A stretch of DNA of 63,273 nucleotides, counting the filler, from Octopus bimaculoides (taxonomy: Eukaryota): assembly GCF_001194135.2 (NCBI RefSeq). It is 5 parts of 5 records of this genome, joined end to end, with 100 filler letters (N's around TTAATTAATTAA, not from the genome) between each part and the next. Parts side by side here need not be neighbours in the genome. Positions count along the whole stretch, not along the records: positions 9,905 to 38,924 come from NC_068985.1; 4 more parts are not named here. One strand, given 5' to 3'. The number at the start of each line of letters is the position of its first letter. The stretch's first letter is position 1. This document shows positions 24,705-38,465 of the stretch, one piece after another. Under the pieces are notes generated by a model. The model saw only the letters and a list, made by a program, of their open reading frames with translations, searched no databases and was not told the origin of the DNA. A program made the position numbers and the translations under genes.

Positions 24705-27700
24705 AATTCCGGAATTTGTTGTATTTGGAATTCACTTAAATATTCCTTTGCCTGTTTTGTTACTGAGTATGATGCTTTCTTGTTTTCATGTTTTGAGACA
24801 AGTTTTAACATCCAGTCCTCCGAGTTTTTCAGGTAGGTGTCTATGTCAATTGTGGCAACCTTCATTGTTAATACTATTTGTAAAAGTCAACGGCTTCCCT
24901 CTTTCCTTGGCAGATGAAGTCGTTCTATAGCTGCCTTAGGGTGGTGCATTCTATGCATTGCCAACAGTTTTCGTATTTTTCTGTCAAGATTACATATTTC
25001 AGTTAATGACCAGTTAATGACCAGTTAATGACCAGTTAATGATATTGAAACTGTAAGTCACGAATGGTATGGCTAAAGCAGTGATCGCTTCGATCCTGTT
25101 TCTTGCATTCAGCTCTGTCTTAAGTATTGCTCTCACCCAGCGATAATATTCTCTTCTGATCCTTTCCCTCATCACTGAATGCCTGATTCCTTCCCATTCA
25201 AGTACCCTAGGTATTTGTAGCACTCCGCTGGTTCTAACTCTTTTTATGACATTCTGCTGGTCAAGGTTCTTCCACCATTTTAGCTGGCTGCCACAGGAAT
25301 TATGGGATTGCTCAGTTCGGGTAAGAAAGTGGAACGAGGTTAGCAACGATTCTACATTAACACAGAGAGAGAGAGGGAGAGGGGGTGTCTGGCACGTGCG
25401 TCTTCTCAAAGCAGACGATCTGAAAGCAGACGATCTCAGAGCAGACGATCTCAAAGCAGACGATCTCGAAGCAGACGATCTCGAAGCAGACGATCTCGAA
25501 GCAGACGATCTCGAAGCAGACGATCTCGAAGCAGACGACCGATTCACTGAGAGAGTGGGAAGGGNNNNNNNNNNNNNNNNNNNNNNNNNNNNNNNNNNNN
25601 NNNNNNNNNNNNNNNNNNNNNNNNNNNNNNNNNNNNNNNNNNNNNNNNNNNNNNNNNNNNNNNNNNNNNNNNNNNNNNNNNNNNNNNNNNNNNNNNNNNN
25701 NNNNNNNNNNNNNNNNNNNNNNNNNNNNNNNNNNNNNNNNNNNNNNNNNNNNNNNNNNNNNNNNNNNNNNNNNNNNNNNNNNNNNNNNNNNNNNNNNNNN
25801 NNNNNNNNNNNAGAGAGAGAGTGTGTGTGTTAACGTTAGATGTTTCTGTCATTTTTTTTCTTTTGTTAAAGGTAGCTTTTGCACATTTATCGAGGCCAAA
25901 TTGCATCCTGATGTCATTGAATTGTTTAACAATAGCTAGTAAGCCTTTGAGTTGTTGGTCAATTTTTGCAAAGGGCTTTAAATCATCCATGTAAATGAGA
26001 TGATTTATATTTTTATCAAACATTTTATAACCGTACTGTGCATCATTGAGCAATTTTGAGTGAGGTATTAAGGCTAGACAAAAGAGGAGTGGTGATAGAG
26101 AGTCACCCTGGAAAATGCCACATGAAATTCTAACATCTCCAGCATTGAGAGATTCATTGTCGCTGTTCAAAGTCAGTGTGGTTCTCCATGATCTCATACT
26201 TACAAACAAGAAGTTTCGCAGAGTAGGTGCTATTTTATACATTTCCAGATATTTCTTAATTCACCTATGTGGTAGGCTATCAAAAGCTTTGTTATTGTCT
26301 ATTGACAAGTTTTTGTGTCGTTTGTGACTATTTTCTAAGATCATCTTATTGATGAGTAGCTGATCTTTACAACCATAAGATCCACGTTTACATCCCTTTT
26401 GCTCATTAGGAAATATGCTACTTTCTATTAAAAAACTATAGGTATACTCAGTTAGGACGGATGTTAGTGTCTTATACATTGTTGTTAAGCAGGTTATGGG
26501 TCGATAATTTTTTGGTTCGTTTGTTTCCTCATTTTTTGGAAGCAGGAATGTTAAACCATTAACTAGCCAAGAGGGCATCAATCTAGGATGTTGCAAAATA
26601 TCGTTGTAAAGTTTTGTTAGCAGCTCATGGCTCTCTGGGAAAGGCATTCAACCAGGAGTTAGGAATTTTATCATTTCCTGGAGACTTCCATTTGCTTGAC
26701 TCCTGAGAGCAGATCTTATATCTTCTACCTTGACACCCTCCCACTTGTGCTCCTCTAAGGAGTCTGAGTCTGTAAATATTCTATCAATCCAAGGGGCCTT
26801 TTCATTGTGTGTTTTTTCTTCTACCCAAATTTTATTCCAAAATTCCTGCACTTCTTTTGATTGACAGACTTCACTGTAACTGGTGTTCTCCCTATCTTCC
26901 TGTAAAAAATTTTGGGGTTATTTTTTAACATGTTGTCCTTGAAGAATCTAACGCGCTTTTCATACTTTGCTGTGCAGGCAGCTTTAGCACATACCTTTTG
27001 CTTGATGGTTTCTATGGTGGCATCAATGTCAAGTATGGTTTTCTTCCTATATTTTTTCTTTAGTTTTTGGGTCTTTGTAGGTTTGGTGGTCTTGTTAGAC
27101 TTAAGGTTTTTCAAACACTCTATGTCAGACCTAAGTAGCTTAATTTGGTGTTGAATACTCTCTTGCCAAGAAGGCTTTTTGTAATAATATTGTCGTTTTC
27201 TAATCTTTTCACCACATAGAATCGTTGAGATTTTCACGGATGCATAGTACAAGTGGTTGAGATCTGTAATATCAACATCATTAACTGAAACTATATCCTT
27301 AAGTGCAAAGCGGATTTTACCAATTATTTTCAGGTTTTGGTTAGAATTGCGAATTTTGGGGAGAGAGTATCGCGTTCATTCATACTGGTTTCTTTAATTT
27401 TCAGCCATTCAATCATGATTTGATTTTTTAGATTATGTAGTTCTGTTGGGTCAATTTCTGTGTGATTTTCTTCATCTATTTGATTTTCATCTGCCTTAGT
27501 GTTTATGGTTGTTTCAGAGAGTATTTCACTTTTCCTATCAGTTACATTAACTCTTTCAATCATTACTGCGTTTTCATCAGCCCTGGGCTATAATTATTAC
27601 CTCTGTAGTATCTTCTTTAGCTGCAGCTTCGTTCTTTTTATCCCTTACAGCTTGTTTAATTTGGTCAATCTCTACTTCAGTTAGTTATTTTTTTTATGTT

Positions 27701-28330
27701 TCTTCTGACGTTGGCAAGTTTGTTACCGTCTATGTAGGGTCTTACTTCAGGGTGTTTCTGTCTCCAGTTTAAGTAGGTTTGTACAGTATTAGATTTATTT
27801 GTGGGGAAATATATGGCATGGTAGAAGGCCGTAAGAACTTCTTTATTATCTTCCCTAGACCATTTTTCATTCTCTTTCTTTTGGTTATTTGATGACGAGC
27901 ATGGATGGTCATCTGTTGGAATATTCCAACTGTGGGATACTTCCAGTTCCTGTGCGTCGGGAAGATTTGAACCAGTAGCTCACTTTTCGTCTCGAATCTG
28001 GTTCAACATTCGAGTACGTGGTCCTTTGTAATCCGGTCGATGACCATTTCGGTTTGTATTTTGCTTTGTTAACAGTGACGCATGACGAGCTTCGACGTTG
28101 ACATTAGGGGATGCATCTGTCTAAGGTTAATTTTTTGAGACAACACCGTCTCCGAGTTCTCTGCATGTAAACATTGCTCGTAACGTAGATTCTTAAGGCT
28201 AACAGATTTATATCGAGTACGTGGCCCTTTGTGATCCGGTCGACGATAATCTGGTTTGTATTTTGCTTTGTTATCATTGACGTCGGTGTTACTTAATTTG
28301 GTTTGAAATAAAGAACTTGATAAGCTTAAT
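24705..28330 (-). mobile_element. R4/Dong-like retrotransposon, second family, lacking the 3' CCHC/RLE part
   Basis: N-terminal WSREDNKEVLTAFY-like block near 27870; KNYRPITCLTTMYK, DQLLINKMILE, KAFDSLPH, GIFQGDSLSPLLF, YMDDLK, ECYKYLG, YLKNSEDWML. Confidence 0.85.
25406..25539. repeat. 15-bp minisatellite (GCAGACGATCTCGAA) x ~9
   Basis: Units start at 25411, 25426 ... 25531; lies inside an insertion in the RT domain. Confidence 0.95.
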
Positions 28331-28468
28331 AATCCTAACTTAATCCCGGGCAAAGCAGGGCTATACTGCTAGTCATAAATATGTGAGGGTTGGAGGAGAT
28401 AGTAGGAGAAAGAGAAGCAGCTTGGTGAATAGACTGAATTCCTCAGGTCCGTAATATCATCATTATTA

Positions 28469-28539
<71 letters not shown>

Positions 28540-28540
<1 letters not shown>

Positions 28541-28965
28541 TTTCTACTCTTGGCACAAGGTCGTGAAATTTGGTGGGGAAGGGAGCTAGTCGCTTACATC
28601 GATCCCAGTGCGTAACTGGTACTTATTTTATTGACTCCGAAAGGGTGAAAGGCAAAGTCAACCTCTCATAGTTTGAACTCAGAACGCAGCGACAGGCAAA
28701 ATACAGCTAAGCATTTCACCCGGCGTGCTAACCATTCTGCTAGCTCACCGCCTTATGTTAATTATTTTAAATTTTAGCCATAAGGGCAGCTTGGGGGAGC
28801 TAGAGATGAGTCGATTACATCGACCCCAGTGTTCAACTGGTACTTATTTTATCGACCCGAAAGTATGAAAGGCAAATTCGACGTTGGCAGAATTTAAACT
28901 CAGAACGTAAAGACGGGAATAATGCCGCTAAGCATTTTACCTGGCGTGCTAACGATTCTGCCAGC
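28540..28965 (-). mobile_element. Two tandem SINE family B copies
   Basis: Repeated GAAAGGCAAA...GAACTCAGAACG...GCTAAC.ATTCTGC.AGCTC blocks. Confidence 0.85.
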
Positions 28966-29734
28966 TCGAAATAGAAGAAGAAGAAGAAGAAGAAGAAGAA
29001 GAAGAAGAAGAAGAAGAAGAAGAAGANNNNNNNNNNNNNNNNNNNNNNNNNNNNNNNNNNNNNNNNNNNNNNNNNNNNNNNNNNNNNNNNNNNNNNNNNN
29101 NNNNNNNNNNNNNNNNNNNNNNNNNNNNNNNNNNNNNNNNNNNNNNNNNNNGAGGAGGAGGAAGAAGAAGAAGCAGAAGAAGAAGAAGGGAGGAGGGGAA
29201 GAGGAGGAGGAGGAGGAGGAGGAGAAGGAGAAGAAGAAGAAGAAGAAGAAGAAGTCTGTTATGATAGTTTCCTGCATGTATTTTTATATTTTCTGCAACG
29301 ATGAAAGTGATTGCGACTGTGACTCAGTAGTGTAAAAAGAACCAAAAAAGGCAATAATCATTCTTTAAAAATGACATATACATAGATTAATTTAATGCAT
29401 CTTTTTATTAATATTTTCTAGTACATTGCATAACTTAATATAAATAAACAGAATTTCAGAAGGAATTTTCAACAACTAAACGCATGTAGTGAAAGGATTT
29501 TCGAAACCGATTGAAAATGAAATGTATTAATAAATAAAAATTATAACGCCAATAATTTCTATCTTAATCACAAGAGGATAAATTTGTAGCGGGGGAAAAC
29601 AAAAGTTGCCATCTCCATGCTTTTCTTAAATCATTGAAGATGTTTATGGTGTTTATTCTTATTGAGATAACTTGCTGAAACTGAAATACAAAAAGATGGA
29701 GATATTATTAGAATCGATAATTATTTAATTCTTT

Positions 29735-29960
29735 ATTGCCCACAAGGGGCTAAACATAGAGGGGACAAGCAAGGACAGACAAAGGGACTAAGTCAATTGC
29801 ATTGATCCCAGTGCGTAACTGGTACTTATTTAATCGACCCCGAAAGGATGAAAGGCAAAGTCGACCTTGGTGGAATTTGAACTCAGAACATAGTGGCAGA
29901 CAAAATATCTTTAAGCATTTTGCCTGGCATGCTAACGATTCTGCCAGCTCGCCGCCTTTA
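29735..29960 (-). mobile_element. SINE family B copy, long-tail variant
   Basis: Includes the TTCTTTATTGCCCACAAGGGGCTAAACATAGAGGGG tail, also seen at 48720. Confidence 0.85.
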
Positions 29961-31117
29961 ATTAGAATTAATGATATGTTGGAAGAATTAGCAGAGTGAA
30001 ACATGAAAATTATTTGCATTATTTAGCAATATCCTTTTCTTTTTTTCTTTTTTTTTTCATATTTTGAATCAGATCTTTAAAAATAAAACTAAAATCCTGC
30101 TGTATTAAATAAAATAATTACCAGTTGATATTGGCTCCTATTCAATCGTCCATACACTTCTAAAATCATTGAAACTATATCAATATAAGAAATCTCTATT
30201 ATAGATTTCGAACAAAGTCTCAAATTTGAGGGAAGATTGCAGCCGATTATACTTCACTGATGATTTATTTTATTGACCTCGAAAGAATGAAAGATAAAAT
30301 TCACTTCGATGGAATTTGAACTTAGAATGTAATGGAGTATAATAAAATAATACAAGCAATGGTGTTCTAGATGTCTAATGAACATTTAGAGCGTAGTAAT
30401 GACAGACTCAGCGGTAATAAACTTTAGGGTACTGTAGACAGAATTGTTAAAATGTCGGACAAAATATTGAAAATTTCTGGCATTTAGTTTCGTCCCTTAA
30501 CGTACTAAGTTCAAATCTTAACAGAATCCACTCTGTGTTTCATCCCTGTAGCGTTTATAAATTAAGTACCAGTAATATACTAAAGTTCATTCAGTTAACC
30601 ATATCATATTTCTATGTTTATTAAAGAGTAAAAGATTGAGCACGCGTAATGTTGAAAGCAACATTGAAAGTAAATTTACACCACTCTGTTTTCTTCAGTA
30701 ATTTGAGTTGTTTACACTTCATCCATGAAAAATACGACCGACATAAAGCAAATTCGATATATTGTCTTTACACATTAAGTTTCATTACCATTAACCATAA
30801 AATATAGCACATAACAATAGGTAATCTTTATATCCAACTAAACGTGGGTGTCTTGTTAGACCGCTCATATAGAAGCATGGTGCATAAAAGCACAGACATA
30901 TTGTAAAAGACGAGAATCGTCTGTTATGAGAACTGTCATATCACGTAATTTCAGTCTACATGACTTCTTCGGCGACAGACATCCAGTGACTGTATACCAG
31001 CTAAATCTTGCTGTCCCTCACACTACTGTTTCTTATTATGGCAGCCACAGTACGTCAAATTAACTGCAGAATTCGAGGTAATACAGCACCACTGTACCAA
31101 GAACATTATCTCGGTGC

Positions 31118-31285
31118 AACAGATGAACTATCGAGAGAGACAGGAAAGAGCTGAGGTTCTACACCCTGGAAAGAAGGCACGAAAGATATACAGTCATATA
31201 TACATATGGAAGATCCTGGAGGGTCTAGCACCCAACTTTGGGATTGAAAGTTATACCAACCACCGAACTGGACACCACTGCATAG
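31118..31285 (+). mobile_element. CR1/L2-group LINE 3' fragment
   Basis: MNYRERQERAE...RKIYSHIYIWKILEGLAPNFGIESYTNHRTGHHC resembles the CR1 ORF2 C-terminus. Confidence 0.6.
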
Positions 31286-33013
31286 ATGGCAAATATCTTG
31301 CCATTTCCATCTGGAGTAAGAAAACGAGCGTTCAGAAAAGTTTTAAACTGACATACCGATGCATCCACATCACGGCAAGAAACGAAAAGAAGGGTAGCTC
31401 TATCAGTTCACTAATTTACCAGAACCGATTCCAGAAACAGAATCGAGAAGTGAGTCTAAAATGAACATGCATTGACACTAATAGCGGTGTCCCTGCGTGA
31501 GCAGTCTCTAGCTAAAGCTGGTAATAGAATAGTAGAATGCATGACGTGTTCCATGTTTGCGCATCTAAATGTATATAAATAAACAGATAAGTAGAAATGG
31601 AGAACTATTCTTTTTAAAGCAATGAAATAAAAGAAAAGAGAGGTTGGGGGAGAGAAAGACTAAACGAATGGCTTACTATTTCAGTGGGGTTATTGTTCAT
31701 TATCGAGTTCTTTCTTAATAAATTGAAGCATTTTTTGCGACACCTTGGCACGTGATTGTTCTTCCTCTGTTAAGCCCCCGCTCTCTAAGCTCCTAAAATC
31801 AGAAACAGAAAAGAAAAAAATAGGAGGAAATGTTATCCTGTTCGTAATTGAATATTAACAATTTTAAATCTATTCTTAAAACATTTTTTTTTAAATCAAA
31901 ACATTCGAAGAATAAAAATTATAGGGGTAAATTGTCATAAAATTATATTTTTACAAATTTATATATATAATATATTAGTGAAATATAACCGACAGAAAAG
32001 ATAATTGCGTGATTAAGATAAAGGAGGAATATCTAAGATTTTTTAACAAAAATGATGGTTAGGGCTCTTATAATATAGAAGTAAAAAATGCGATTTGTAT
32101 TTGCTAAATGAAATAATTCTGGATTCTTTCGATTGACTTTTAAACTATGGAATAAAATAGCATATTTTGAACACCTGGGACCCTGGCAGTAATTATTGTA
32201 AGGGAAATAATCAAGTCTAGATAAATCCTAAATCAAACCGGGGTGAGGAGTTAGAATTTTAAATTAAAAAGTAACAGTGAAGATACACAGAATATGCAAA
32301 TTTATTTTTTTTGTTTTTGCTTTTTTTTCTTACTCATTACAAAGATCCTAATTTTCTCTAAAATTCAATGGATACAGAAATTAGTACTTCGATTATTGGT
32401 TTTTACATTGTCTATAATTTCCACTTAATATCGAAATGGTAATTATTGCTTTTTTAAGACAATAATAGAGTTAAATAGTTCAGTGTTTGACTTGCTGAAC
32501 TTCTGAAAGTACACACACGTTAATTGTACCTTAATTTCAACGTGCTTCCCATTTGACATGTATAATTCACAACAATCAGTTAACTGACTGCACTTTTGAG
32601 CAGTGAATAAAACATTTACCGTCTAATGAACATGGATTTCAATAATCATACATTTAGACCGTGGCTGGGATTTGGGCTGGTAGAAGTTATGAGTAGTATG
32701 TGTATTATATACACACATTTAAATATATAGATATGTAATGTATACAGTTACATATATATANNNNNNNNNNNNNNNNNNNNNNNNNNNNNNNNNNNNNNNN
32801 NNNNNNNNNNNNNNNNNNNNNNNNNNNNNNNNNNNNNNNNNNNNNNNNNNNNNTATATATATATAACATAATATAACTAGCTGGGCATGTGGATATTCCA
32901 CGGAACGAAAGGCATTTAAGAAGGAAAGGATGATTTGTTGTCTGTGCAATAAATGATAGAAAAATATACAATAACAATCTATATTATACTTAATACATAT
33001 ATCATTCATTGTG

Positions 33014-33325
33014 AAGGCGCTTGGCTCAGTGGTTAGGACGTCGAGCTCACGGTCGTGAGATTGCGAGTTCGAATCCCAGACCGAGCTGCGTGTTGTGCTC
33101 TTGAGCAAGACACTTTGTTTCACGTTACTCCAGTTCACTCAGCTGTAGAAATGAGTTGCGACGTCACTGGTGCCAAGCTGTATCAGCCTTTGACTTTCCT
33201 TTGGATAACATCAGTAACGTGGAGAAGGGGGACCGGTACGCATGGACGATTGCTGGTCTTCCATAAACAACCTTGCCCGGACTAGGTGCAATCCCATGGT
33301 CAGGCATCACCGAAGGGGGTCTCAG
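33014..33325 (+). mobile_element. tRNA-derived SINE family D
   Basis: A box TGGCTCAGTGG, B box GAGTTCGAATCCC, core GTGCTCTTGAGCAAGACACTT; second copy at 36100-36440. Confidence 0.85.
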
Positions 33326-33390
33326 CAATATCATTCATTAGTATTTAATTCTATTGAAACTGAAAGTTCAGTGAAATCTTTTTTTTTTTT

Positions 33391-33527
33391 TCATAGTTTT
33401 CAAATGGAAGGGACATTTTCCTTTTCTCTGTCTGTCTCTGTCTTTCCTTTTTACTCATGTCAGTAAAAAGGAGAGACAGAGACAGACAAGAAAAAGAAAA
33501 AATGTCCCTTGCATTTGAAAACTATGG
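33391..33527. repeat. Foldback hairpin
   Basis: CATAGTTTTCAAATGGAAGGGACATTTT...AAAATGTCCCTTGCATTTGAAAACTATG, with inner TCTGTCTCTG/CAGAGACAGA arms. Confidence 0.8.
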
Positions 33528-33721
33528 AAATATTTTTAAATATATTTCATTTAATTTCTCCACAATTTAATTGTTTTTCATGCCCTACTCTAAGTTGAAA
33601 AAGTCGCAAAGACTGAAACCAGTACTAAAATGTTCTTTTTATGATAAAATCATTTTAGCATGTTCTACTTTGTCTTATTTTCCTTATACATATCAACTCG
33701 TGTGTTACTATTCAACGTTCT

Positions 33722-33756
<35 letters not shown>

Positions 33757-34267
33757 CACGCACGCACACACGCGTGACCGAGAAAGATAATCTCTGACAT
33801 TATGCACTCAGACAAATTTATACTTTACACTTATGACTATGCTGATGACTAATGGCCCCCAGTTTTTGATAAACATGCATGTACACAGATATTGGTATTG
33901 CAGACGAAGCTTCTTCCATTCGATGATAATCATTGCTTCCCCAACAGACGCCCCATATTTCATGTGCCTTCAACAATCGTAGCCTTGATTTCTGCTGGGT
34001 CACAGCTAAAAGACAAACGAATTCCGCTCAGCTTGTCACAACATATGTTTGATAGTTTCACGGAATCGAAGACATATCTAAATCTTTAACATGATGATAC
34101 AGTATTTTGAAGATCTAGAAACTTATTTATCGATATAGAAGTCAGAGCATTTATAAAACACGGTATCTCCTCTGATCCCGTTAGCGTATCATATACTGCA
34201 TATAAATGAGCTGAAGTTAACTTAAATGTATATACATACGTATAATTTCATATTTTAATGTTAGCAT

Positions 34268-34450
<183 letters not shown>

Positions 34451-34483
34451 TAATTCAATCCACTATATTTTATTCCTTTATAA

Positions 34484-34790
34484 CAGGGGTACACAACCAT
34501 TTTTTATCAATCGATCCCTTTTATTACTATTTTCTTCTGGTGGACCCCATATTTTTAGAGAAACTTCTTTCACAATTCCCATTTTCTTTTTCACACATTA
34601 ATTTGTGTAGATTGAACTATGTAAAATGTTAGAGAAAGAAACCTAACTGTTTCTTGCAATACATACAAATACATATATCTAAAGCAAGTTTTTTTCAGGG
34701 GCCCTTAAAATACTATTGTGGATCCATAATTTACTATTTTGTCTTATGTAGACTCTTAGGGGCCATATGGACCTCGGTTGAGAACAACTG
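34484..34790. mobile_element. hAT-like MITE
   Basis: Ends CAGGGGTACACAACC / GGTTGAGAACAACTG; no intact TSD. Confidence 0.5.
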
Positions 34791-34925
34791 CGCCAAAGTT
34801 TGAAACCATTATTATCCGGTTCGTACGGGTGGCACAGATGGAGTCACCAACTTAGCGGGGAGCAACAAAATCCAAGTAATGTAATAGGCAGAGGCGACTA
34901 CAACAACAAGGATTTTCGCTTAGTA

Positions 34926-35146
34926 TACGAACGGGGTGCTGGAAAGTTCCTGGCTTTGGGTAAAAGAAAATGCAGGAAGATACGCTAATTATGATTTTAT
35001 TCGACATATTCCCCTCTCGGATCCACTCCCTTATTGCAGTGGTCTTTCAGTTTTTCTAAGCCCTGTAAAAGAACTTGGAAGGTTGGGCCTCCAATCAGTC
35101 CTTTCCCGATACCCTTAAAGCCAGGAATTTTAAGCACTCCCTCATA
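34926..35146. mobile_element. Mariner-derived MITE
   Basis: TACGAACGGGGTGCTGGAAAGTTCCTGGCTTT / AAAGCCAGGAATTTTAAGCACTCCCTCATA. Confidence 0.75.
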
Positions 35147-35896
35147 TAAAATATAACGAGATAATGATATTCTTGAAATAAATAAGTTCAAGTATCACAG
35201 CATACAAACGTTTATGTTTACCACAGTGAGTCTCACACACAGAAATTGCTCAATTTCCACTTACAGACAGATTCAAATCAAATCACTTGCAAGATGAATA
35301 CATCGCAGAGATTTATTATTACATAACTAATTTCCTCGGACTTCAGTTTTTTTTTTATATTTTCCTTGTACATGGGGTCGATGTAATCAACTAGACACCC
35401 ACTCACCTCCACTAGATTTCGTGCCTATAATCGGCAGAAATAATATATTTCTGTTTCCAATAACGTTTTATTTTGATTACAAAGTAAAATTCACTTACTC
35501 AAAATCCATTTCGGGCATAAATGCAGCACTTGCAAAAGACAATAGTACCATGCCAATAATTCCAAGAAACAAAATGCTTCGCTTCATCTGAAAGTAAATA
35601 AGAGACGACAAATATGAAGTGAAATTCTCATATCCATTTTCATATGAAGAGTAGGATGGGTCAAATTGGTAGGAATCGGTGAAATATACACTTAAATTCC
35701 TTACAGTATTTATGATGGCATCACTGCGCAGTTAAGTAGTTTGCATCATAACCTTGTGGTTCTGGGTTCAGTACTACCGCACGGCACTTTGGACAAGTAC
35801 TTTCTAATATGGCCCTGAACTAACCAATGATTTGTGAGTAAAGCTGGGATGAGGAAAGTGTGCAGAAGCCTGTCGTGTGTATGTATATATACATAT

Positions 35897-35957
<61 letters not shown>

Positions 35958-35961
<4 letters not shown>

Positions 35962-36055
35962 AGGAGTGTATGAAAAGTTCTGAGCCTTGAAGTCTTGTAC
36001 CATGTTTTTTTGTTTTGTTTTTTTGAGGCTCAAGACTTTTCATATACCCCTCGTA
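35958..36055. mobile_element. ~100-bp mariner-derived mini-MITE
   Basis: CGAGGAGTGTATGAAAAGTTCTGAGCCT / AGGCTCAAGACTTTTCATATACCCCTCG. Confidence 0.75.
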
Positions 36056-36099
36056 TATAATATATCAATATGTTAATATATGTAAATAAGCGCATGCGT

Positions 36100-36440
36100 G
36101 AAGACGCATGGCTCGGTGATTAGAGCATCGGGCTCACAATCATGAGGTAGTGAGTTCGATTTCCGGACCAGAATGTGTGCTGTGTTCTTGAGCAAGACAC
36201 TTTATTTCGTGTTGCTCCAGTTCACTCAGCTGTAGAAATGAGTTGCAACATCACTGGTGCCAAGCTGTATCGGCCCCTTTGCCTTTCCCTTGGATTACAT
36301 TGGTGGAGAGGGGAGGTTGATATGCATGAGTGACTACTGGTCTTCTATAAACAACCTTGCCCGGACTTGTGCCTCGGAGGGGAATTTTCTAGGCGCGATC
36401 CCATGGTCAGTCATGACCGAAGGGGGTCTTTACCTTTAAG
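36100..36440 (+). mobile_element. SINE family D copy
   Basis: High similarity to 33014-33325. Confidence 0.85.
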
Positions 36441-36544
36441 CGTGTGTGTATATATAAATACATTTATATATTTCATATGCTCTTATTGCTCACAAGACGT
36501 AGTCAGTAGCTTTTGTTACCTATGAGACATAGTTGTTAGGGGAG

Positions 36545-37030
36545 GTGGTTGCTTCAAATGTATAGCAGCCAGGATAAGAACTTTCTACTGATGCTGGCAA
36601 CAACACGCTTTCCCTTCAAAGGGACAAGAAGATTGTATGACGCTTGTGTTAGATCTGTGATGGCGCATGGCAGTGAGACACGAGCCTTGAATACAGAGGA
36701 CTTGAGAAGACGAATGAAATGAAGTGAGCATGCTTCGCTGGATGTGCAATGTAACTGTGCATAAATGACGTAGTATAAATGTACTGAGAAAAAAGACGGG
36801 GCATAAGAGGAATCAGATATAGAGAACAAGAGAGAAGACTGCTCTGATAGGGACATGGATAAGGACAGTCGTATAAAGAAGGGCCGATCACTACATGTGG
36901 ATGGAGTTTGCAGATGAGGGAGATGCAAGACAACATGGAACAAAGTTGTGAAAGGTGATGTCAGGACTTTGAAAGTCACGGAAAAGGTCACAAGAGACCA
37001 GGAGGATTAGTAACATGTAATTCACGAGAA
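36545..37030 (+). mobile_element. RTE-clade LINE 3' fragment
   Basis: Frameshifted RLYDACVRSVMAHGSET..LNTEDLRR...SMLRWMCNV, typical of the RTE ORF C-terminus. Confidence 0.75.
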
Positions 37031-37583
37031 GACGCGCCCAACTCAAGAAAAATACGTTCTGGAAGCGCAGTATGTGTGCCAAACATTTCTTACCGAAAAT
37101 TGAAACATTTTTTTATACTAAATGTAAAATTTAAATCCAATTAGGCGTATGTTGTTGACGAAAACTGCATGAAAGTCTGTCACATATATATTTGACCCCA
37201 CTGCCACCACCACAACAGGTCTCTCCCTCCATGCACTACGCCTGCCTCATCTCCTTCCCCCATGCTCTCGTCACCTACCCATTTATCTCTCTTTCTCTCT
37301 CTCTCTCTATAGTAGAAGACACTTGCCCATGGTACCGCGCAGTGGGACTGAACTCGCAACTAGTTGGTTGCAAAACGAGCTTCTAAATAACATAGACAAG
37401 CCTGCTCCAAAATGTGAATTGCATCATGATGCTGTTTTTCTCACAGACGGTGCCCAACTGACCCAACTATACTGTCTAGTCGACAAAATAGAAAACAAAT
37501 TATGAGCATGCGTGAAATCAAAAATATAAAATGGTCGCAATTTCCTCATCGTACCCTGTACGCACACACAAACACACACACAG

Positions 37584-37622
<39 letters not shown>

Positions 37623-38465
37623 CACACANNNNNNNNNNNNNNNNNNNNNNNNNNNNNNNNNNNNNNNNNNNNNNNNNNNNNNNNNNNNNNNNNNNNNNNN
37701 NNNNNNNNNNNNNNNNNNNNNNNNNNNNNNNNNNNNNNNNNNNNNNNNNNNNNNNNNNNNNNNNNNNNNNNNNNNNNNNNNNNNNNNNNNNNNNNNNNNN
37801 NNNNNNNNNNNNNNNNNNNNNNNNNNNNNNNNNNNNNNNNNNNNNNNNNNNNNNNNNNNNNNNNNNNNNNNNNNNNNNNNNNNNNNNNNNNNNNNNNNNN
37901 NNNNNNNNNNNNNNNNNNNNNNNNNNNNNNNNNNNNNNNNNNNNNNNNNNNNNNNNNNNNNNNNNNNNNNNNNNNNNNNNNNNNNNNNNNNNNNNNNNNN
38001 NNNNNNNNNNNNNNNNNNNNNNNNNNNNNNNNNNNNNNNNNNNNNNNNNNNNNNNNNNNNNNNNNNNNNNNNNNNNNNNNNNNNNNNNNNNNNNNNNNNN
38101 NNNNNNNNNNNNNNNNNNNNNNNNNNNNNNNNNNNNNNNNNNNNNNNNNNNNNNNNNNNNNNNNNNNNNNNNNNNNNNNNNNNNNNNNNNNNNNNNNNNN
38201 NNNNNNNNNNNNNNNNNNNNNNNNNNNNNNNNNNNNNNNNNNNNNNNNNNNNNNNNNNNNNNNNNNNNNNNATATATATATATATATATATATACATGAG
38301 GTATTGGTGTCAAGAAGACCCAAAGATGTCAGGTAATGCTGAGTAAGTGCTATGGACAGACTATAATTAGGCTCCAGGTTCGATAATGATATGAATGGGG
38401 AGCCCAACGTAGGTCGTGTATTAATTAGCATGGGTGTATGTAAGAATTAACAGAATGATATAAAA

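Noticed and set aside
25406-25539. CRISPR-like or KADDL/EADDL repeat protein reading of the 15-bp array
   Set aside because: Contiguous units with no spacers, eukaryotic context, and no start or splice support.
33014-33090. tRNA-like A/B boxes (also 14891, 36100, 44935)
   Set aside because: They continue into SINE cores and lack a complete cloverleaf, so they are SINE heads and not tRNA genes.
33955-34003. Strong minus-strand acceptor followed by CDPAEIKATIVEGT*
   Set aside because: Too short, with no linked upstream exon or recognisable homology.
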